This document shows, in pieces, positions 62,244 through 64,000 of a stretch of 64,000 nt of DNA. Position 1 is the stretch's first letter, and every line of letters begins with the position of its first letter. The notes under the pieces were generated by a model. It was not told the origin of the DNA and searched no databases. It saw only the letters and a list, made by a program, of their open reading frames with translations. The stretch is from Octopus sinensis (taxonomy: Eukaryota): assembly GCF_006345805.1 (NCBI RefSeq), contig NC_043000.1, positions 127,968,001 to 128,032,000 on the forward strand, read 5' to 3'. Both the position numbers and the translations under genes were made by a program.

Positions 62244-62652
62244 TCTTGGGAGAGTCATTGTACCAATAAGTAACACAAGCACTGGTTCTATTTCACTTCT
62301 GTTATTATTAATCAACTAGTAAACAATTTAATCAATTAACAAATCAGTTGCTAGATTAATTGTTGGGTCAATCAATCCTTTCATCATGACTTGCAACTTG
62401 AGACAGACCCAGTGTAGTGAGGGCATGTTGTTGCAAGTCACAATGAAAGGTTTCAAATGACCCAGGCTGAGTGATTGATTGACCAAACAATTAACTGAGC
62501 AATTTACTAGTTAATTGTTAAATGGTTAACTAGTTTGTTAATAATAATAATAATAATAATAATATAATAATAATAATAATAATAATAATGATAAAAGAAA
62601 TCAAATAGAACCAGTGCAAGTGTTTCCTATTGGCAAAATAACCCTCCCAAGA
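62244..62652. repeat. Degenerate long inverted repeat / foldback element with (AAT)n expansion in the right arm
   Basis: TCTTGGGA...GCACTGGTTCTATTT...AACTAGT...GGTCAATCAATC...CTTTCAT..TGACTTGCAAC is mirrored on both sides of about 62400-62428. Confidence 0.75.
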
Positions 62653-63064
62653 ATATTTGAAACCAAGCACAAAAAAGAAATATTTTTCTATTTTTTCTAT
62701 GAAAAGAAAAAAAAAAAGAAGTAAGTTATTTTTATCCTCTTTTGTTCAAAAAGGCAGTTAGAGGAAAACCTGGAAAGAATTATCAGAATTCCTGCCAGAA
62801 ATATGGCAAAAGTGGATCCACATAAAAAAAAAAAGACTTTATTATCAAGACAAAGCTAATAATAAAACTGTTTTTAAATAGGTTCTTCAGGCAAAAATAT
62901 TTAACTCATATTAATTTAGCTGGTCTAGCCACTAAATGATAGTAAAGGAAGATATATTCCACTTTGGCATATTGTGTGGTTAGTATCTTGATCAGCAGCT
63001 GTTTCTATGGAAATGTTTGGCTTTTCTGTTGATGACAGTTTTTCATGTAATGTTTACTATGTTT

Positions 63065-63832
63065 CCATGGAAAACTTGGAATTGCCATGATGAAAGACAA
63101 TGCCATTACATTTAGCAAGTTCAGCTTGCTTCTGGTGGATTGCTTCATTTAATTGTCCAGCTGGTCATGGTTGTTGTCATCGTCATCAGTACACATCCAA
63201 ATTGACGGTCCTGTTCATGGGAAGAAGCTTGTAAGAGACAATGCCCTTCCAATCCCACTAAATTGAAAGAATAACCTTCTTTGGGTAAAGTCCTGCTTTG
63301 GAGGTTGTTTGTGTTGGTTTGTTGCACTTCACTGTGATCATTTGTACTTCACATTGATATTGACTATCCATTTTTCAATCCCTGTTACTATTCTCTTCAA
63401 AAAAGTGGATTGCTTGTTTCACACATCTTCAACGATTTGCAGATGGACATTTGTTGGGCCATGTTCTCCCATTCAGTTGATGTGACATCCAAACACTGAG
63501 CCTGCTGACATAACCAAGTTGATGCAGATGGTTTTCAACACTTGATTTGGATGTTTGGAGAATATTTGCGACCATCCTGGTCATATAACAGAGGCTGGTC
63601 TCAACTAACACCTTCACTTTGTCAATGTTAATCTCGGTCAACTGGAGCAAGCTGCATCTTGAACAGAAAAATTTCCCAATTGAAATCTTGAAAACCTCTT
63701 CTGACACCCATGTTCTGTGACAGTATCCTCTCCATACACAACACATATCTTCCTGCAAGTTTTCACTGTTGTTTTGTCTTTTTTAAGATGAAATAGTGCA
63801 ATGTGTTGATAATGTTCGTTTTGGTCCTCCAT
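63065..63832 (-). pseudogene. Mariner transposase pseudogene
   Basis: MEDQNEHYQHIALFHLKK...VYGEDTVTEHGCQKRFSRFQLGNFS, SVENHLHQLGYVSRLSVWMSHQL, WDWKGIVSYKLLPMNRTVNLDVY, GIVFHHGN. Multiple frameshifts and stops. Confidence 0.88.
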
Positions 63833-64000
63833 TTTCAAGGTGATCTCAAGCACATAAAATACAAACTGTCTTGTTGCATGTTTGAGTCAAACTACATGTG
63901 TCTCAGATATCTAATAAGTATGCATGCACAAAAGAAACAAGTGCATTGTGTCAGATATCTAATGAATATATATGCACAAAGGAAAAAAGCAAACAAACTT

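Overview
AT-rich, intron-containing animal genomic DNA, very probably an octopus. That call rests on recalled tRNA-derived SINE families, (ATC)n RTE-type tails and mollusc-like proteins, and no search was run. Three host genes could be rebuilt by hand from splice signals and reading frame. (1) A complete 7-exon ZW10 kinetochore/NRZ gene on + (3796-20166, 761 aa). (2) A single-coding-exon MoaC/MOCS1B ORF on + (32944-33717, 257 aa) with a long N-terminal extension and no MOCS1A/MoaA exons visible upstream. (3) The last 12 coding exons of CFAP70/TTC18 on - (61424 to 35836), with the 5' part beyond the right edge of the window. The rest is mobile-element debris: Merlin (ISXO2/IS1595-like) pieces including a TIR- and TSD-bounded 1.35 kb element, mariner remnants, hAT, pogo and piggyBac-type MITEs with intact TSDs, head-to-tail Helitron dimers, RTE and CR1/Jockey LINE fragments, many SINEs and microsatellites. 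No prokaryote-type system (CRISPR, operon, rRNA, true tRNA) is supported. The best candidates for something new are the apparently stand-alone MOCS1B and the Merlin-rich, CpG-retaining block just upstream of it.
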